Virus record (IMG/VR): IMGVR_UViG_3300020045_000790
Coordinates: 1 to 60,577 of that record
Direction: 5' to 3' (one strand)
Origin: a virus
Taxonomy: Duplodnaviria; Caudoviricetes
Length of the DNA stretch: 60,577 nucleotides
The translations under genes and the position numbers were made by a program. The notes under the pieces are model-generated. The model had not been told where the DNA came from. It searched no databases and saw only the letters and a list, made by a program, of their open reading frames with translations. Positions 57,655-60,577 of the stretch are shown here, piece after piece (position 1 is the stretch's first letter; each line of letters starts with the position of its first letter).

Positions 57655-58746
57655 ATGTGCGTAATTATCGTAAAAAAAGCAGGACTAAAAGTTCCAACAG
57701 AAGTATTAAAATCATCAGCAAAAATTAACCCTCACGGATTAGGTATCGTGTGGCTTGACGATTACAGAGTTACCTATCACAAATCATCAGAGTACGCCAT
57801 ACTCGACACCGACAAACCTTACATTGCTCACTTTAGATATGCGACCGTTGGTGCTATCGGCAGGTCAAATACACACCCCTTTGTGTGTGGCTCAAACAAG
57901 AACGAGTTGCTTATGATGAATGGAACAATCAAAGGACTTGGAAACCTAAAAGATAGCGACAGCAAGATATTGGCTAATTCGCTTGGAAAAGTTTCGAGAC
58001 ACCTGTGGAAAAAAGAATTAGAGCGTTACGATTGCAGGTTCGTTACACTTAACACACGCAACAAATCGTATCAGATGTACAACAAACAAGATTGGCATCA
58101 CAAAGACGGAGTTTGGTACAGCAAGGATAATGTACTTGAGACCAACTATGTGGCTGTATATGGTACATTGAAAAAGCATTATAGCAACTATTGGGGCTAC
58201 CTTACAGCTTCATCGTTTATAGGTAGCGGTAACACACAGGACAAGTATCCGCTTATCATCAAGGGATTGCCTTACCTAATAAACAAAAAAGGCACAGGAC
58301 ATAAAGTTGCTGTAGATGTATTCAGAGTTACCGACAGAGTTCTTAAAGATTTAGATACTTTAGAGGGACACCCTGTTTGGTACAAGAGAGAGCAGATTTA
58401 TATTGACGTGAAAGGTAAAAAAGTATTGTGTTGGATTTACTTCAACTTACGTGAGACAGACATAGGTCAAGTACACCATAAGACATATACTCAAGCACCT
58501 AAGGTTTGGAATAGTCCGTCTCCTTACAAGTGGAATTACCCTACCAAAAATTTATTCTCAAATACATACATTGATGACTTTAGAGATTTACCTGAGGTAG
58601 ATGACGAGTTCGATGTAGAGAATGAAATACCTATGTGCGTAGCTTGTTACAATGATTTAGAGTTCGATGGTTTCAATCTATACCATTGCCAACAATGTAA
58701 TACGTGGCACACAGAAACAGATGTTTTAAAAAGTTTTAATTACTAA
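57655..58746 (+). CDS. class II glutamine amidotransferase fused to a gamma-glutamylcyclotransferase (AIG2-like) domain and a Zn ribbon
   Basis: Cys2 (MCVII), NPHG.G, HFRYAT, NTHPF, NG, DS; VYGTLK...LDTLEG..Y.R; CVAC...CQQC. Confidence 0.8.
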   Translation: MCVIIVKKAGLKVPTEVLKSSAKINPHGLGIVWLDDYRVTYHKSSEYAILDTDKPYIAHFRYATVGAIGRSNTHPFVCGSNKNELLMMNGTIKGLGNLKDSDSKILANSLGKVSRHLWKKELERYDCRFVTLNTRNKSYQMYNKQDWHHKDGVWYSKDNVLETNYVAVYGTLKKHYSNYWGYLTASSFIGSGNTQDKYPLIIKGLPYLINKKGTGHKVAVDVFRVTDRVLKDLDTLEGHPVWYKREQIYIDVKGKKVLCWIYFNLRETDIGQVHHKTYTQAPKVWNSPSPYKWNYPTKNLFSNTYIDDFRDLPEVDDEFDVENEIPMCVACYNDLEFDGFNLYHCQQCNTWHTETDVLKSFNY

Positions 58747-58787
58747 CAGGGAGTGTCTTCAAGGACACTCTCACAAACCTTAACAAG

Positions 58788-59072
58788 ATGAAAATACATT
58801 TAAAATTCAATCACAAAGCAGACACAGTCCTTGAATCAATAGACTGTCCATTTACCTCAGACCAAGTAACAGACCAAGTTAATGATTGCTTGCATAAATT
58901 TATGAGCAATGATGATTTAGAAACCAAGAGTCATTTAGCAGAAATTATGGATAAAGAATTAGACTATTCAATCATATTGTTTTTGGCTCTTAAAAATGTT
59001 ACACAGGATATTGAGAAAAAGATGATGAAAAACATTCTTAGAAACATAATCGACAGAGATGAAGATATTTAA
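58788..59072 (+). CDS. hypothetical protein
   Basis: ORF track. Confidence 0.55.
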   Translation: MKIHLKFNHKADTVLESIDCPFTSDQVTDQVNDCLHKFMSNDDLETKSHLAEIMDKELDYSIILFLALKNVTQDIEKKMMKNILRNIIDRDEDI

Positions 59073-59283
59073 AGTAAACACCACAGCATACGAGGAAGAG
59101 GACTTCTTCTTGCTAACAGACTTAACAGAACAGGACATAACAGAGGTAATACACCCTATTGTTATGGCTGAACGAGACGAAGAGGAAGAGTATGATAACG
59201 ACACGTTATTAGAGGCTTTAAAGAAAAGATACCCGAACAACAAAATCACGATGATAGTTGAGTTCGAGCAATTAACGTATTAA
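59059..59283 (+). CDS. small acidic protein
   Basis: ORF track; D/E-rich. Confidence 0.55.
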   Translation: MKIFKVNTTAYEEEDFFLLTDLTEQDITEVIHPIVMAERDEEEEYDNDTLLEALKKRYPNNKITMIVEFEQLTY

Positions 59284-59284
59284 A

Positions 59285-59424
59285 TGAGTGGCAAATGAAA
59301 CGCCTTGCTTGTCGGCAATGTAGGACGTTGTAATGCTAATGGTTAATTTAGTCGCCACTCAGTGTTGTACAACACACTCATAGGACTAAAATTACAATCA
59401 GACTGACAGCTCGGAAAGACGAGC
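59285..59424 (+). ncRNA. putative structured RNA / regulatory leader
   Basis: Several long-range complementarities plus the CUGACAGCUCGGAAAGACGAGC hairpin. Confidence 0.5.
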
Positions 59425-59431
59425 TTATTTT

Positions 59432-59833
59432 ATGAAAAAACTTAGAGAAATTTTATACGTGTTTTTAATCTGTGTACCATTTGCAATAGTGGTTTACATA
59501 GCAGCACATATCGGAATATTAATTTATAAATTATATAAAATGACAAATCCAAATGACATTAAAGTAATAGACCCTGAGGTAGTAAGCGATGACTTTTCAG
59601 CGGTAATCAGACAATTAGACATTAATGAAGCTAAGAGAATACTGAAAGATGCAGGATATTTTGTAGATAATCTTTGGTGCGTGGAAGACGTACAGGGAAA
59701 TTATGATTGTACAAACGAACAGGCTCAAGAAGTTTTAGACGGTGCGTTGCAGAACGAAGCAACTATGCAACAAATATGGTTTGCTATCAAAGAGGAAGCA
59801 ATGGCAATGAACCTTAAAAATAAAGAGCAATGA
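59432..59833 (+). CDS. hypothetical protein with N-terminal TM helix (possibly two fused ORFs)
   Basis: ORF track; internal MTNPND has an A-rich start context. Confidence 0.5.
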   Translation: MKKLREILYVFLICVPFAIVVYIAAHIGILIYKLYKMTNPNDIKVIDPEVVSDDFSAVIRQLDINEAKRILKDAGYFVDNLWCVEDVQGNYDCTNEQAQEVLDGALQNEATMQQIWFAIKEEAMAMNLKNKEQ

Positions 59834-59952
59834 TAGACACTTGGAACAATCCTCCTGAGGAAAAAGAGAACGAATGTAATTATTGTGGAGAGCCTTGCGA
59901 CGGAAGGTATTGCTCAACAGATTGCAAGAAAGGTTATGAATCAGATAACTAA
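59830..59952 (+). CDS. 40-aa Zn-finger peptide (not in ORF track)
   Basis: CNYC...YCSTDC. Confidence 0.5.
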   Translation: MIDTWNNPPEEKENECNYCGEPCDGRYCSTDCKKGYESDN

Positions 59953-59960
59953 ATAACATT

Positions 59961-60577
59961 ATGAAAAACATACACGTATTACCAACAGAGAAACCAAGTA
60001 GATTGCATCTATGGTTTAATAAATTAGAATTAACAAAAGAATTTTTAAAAGTTAAAAGAAATAAACAACACATCTACATCACTTCTGATGAAGAAATTAA
60101 AGAAGGGTATTATTTTGATTTAGATATAAATAAAGTCTTAAAATATCCAATTGGTTGTTATAATAAAGGAAATAAAAAAATCATTCTAACAACAGACCAA
60201 GACTTAATCAAAGATGGTGTACAAGCTATTGATGATGACTTCCTTGAATGGTTTGTTAAGAATCCGAGTTGTGAGTTTGTTGAAGTTAAAGAAGATGAAT
60301 GCGGTTGGTTTGTTAATGGAGGAAAAGATATAGAATATAGAAAATATAATTATATTGAAATTCCAAAAGAAGAACCTAAACAAGAAACACTTGAAGAAGT
60401 CGGTGCGTATCAACAAGTATTATTCAATTACTTGCACGATTTAGGTATAACAGCTTTACAATCAGAAATGCAAGATATTGAAAAAATAGTTTTGAGTATG
60501 CAACAAGAACAAGACAAGAATAAGTATAGTGAGGGAGATATGAAAAAAGCATTTTACAATGGTTATTGTTGTGAAAA
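59961..60577 (+). CDS. hypothetical protein running off the window end
   Basis: MKNIHVLPTEKPSRL...IILTTDQDLIKDGVQAIDDDFLEWFVKNPSC; no stop before base 60577. Confidence 0.7.
   Translation, partial: MKNIHVLPTEKPSRLHLWFNKLELTKEFLKVKRNKQHIYITSDEEIKEGYYFDLDINKVLKYPIGCYNKGNKKIILTTDQDLIKDGVQAIDDDFLEWFVKNPSCEFVEVKEDECGWFVNGGKDIEYRKYNYIEIPKEEPKQETLEEVGAYQQVLFNYLHDLGITALQSEMQDIEKIVLSMQQEQDKNKYSEGDMKKAFYNGYCCE

Larger units (their letters stand above)
1061..58768. repeat. dispersed 16-bp palindrome GTGTCTTYRAAGACAC, at least 14 copies
   Basis: Starts at 1061, 4207, 8761, 16080, 31705, 38828, 47416, 52450, 53742, 54303, 55656, 56457, 57617, 58753. Confidence 0.9.

Noticed and set aside
53742-58768. 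Palindrome copies as a CRISPR array or integron-like attC sites
   Set aside because: Spacing is irregular (0.5-15 kb), many copies are intragenic, and no cas or integrase gene was seen.
1061-58768. Palindromes as simple intrinsic terminators
   Set aside because: Only the copy at 31705 has an extended stem with a U tract; most lie inside essential ORFs or just before start codons.
897-60416. Many short opposite-strand or out-of-frame ORFs in the track (e.g. 897-1085, 4864-5160, 18041-18406, 38181-38561, 48838-49386, 52015-52509, 59735-60073)
   Set aside because: Shadows of well-supported genes, with no start context or recognisable motifs.
60560-60577. Exact circular join of the window end to base 1
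   Set aside because: Joining gives a plausible ATGA overlap, but bases 1-11 also fit a ...KK-stop ending in another frame, and no terminal overlap is visible; cannot be decided from this window.
1-60577. tRNA genes, reverse transcriptase/DGR, integrase, stop-codon reassignment
   Set aside because: No cloverleaf, YxDD RT or recombinase motifs noticed; genes tile densely under the standard code.

Overview
This window is most or all of a ~60 kb AT-rich tailed phage genome with podovirus-type architecture. Its host is probably a Bacteroidota (Flavobacteriia-like) bacterium, inferred from TAnnTTTG promoters, A-rich SD-less starts and a BT4734/VirE-N-type primase. Layout: (+) 1-11.1 kb is replication and recombination (Sak-like annealase, exonuclease, SSB, primase-helicase, SNF2-like helicase, VRR-NUC, two DnaA-C-like HTH proteins; no DNA polymerase seen). 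(-) 11.1-53.1 kb is virion and late genes (giant internal protein, tail, capsid, portal, terminase, tail fibre, lysis, a run of tiny basic proteins, GroEL/GroES flanking putative anti-defence genes). (+) 53.7-60.6 kb is an early-type region (amidoligase, GATase-GGCT fusion, small acidic proteins). The most unusual signals are non-coding: (1) a 16-bp palindrome GTGTCTTYRAAGACAC in at least 14 copies, inside genes in different frames and between genes, densest in the early region; (2) three hammerhead ribozymes, each ~20 nt upstream of an early ORF; (3) a pseudoknot upstream of ssb; (4) two copies of an origin-like (TA)8 + IHF-box + short-repeat element; (5) a structured RNA at 59.3-59.4 kb. All protein assignments come from motif recognition by eye, not database searches.
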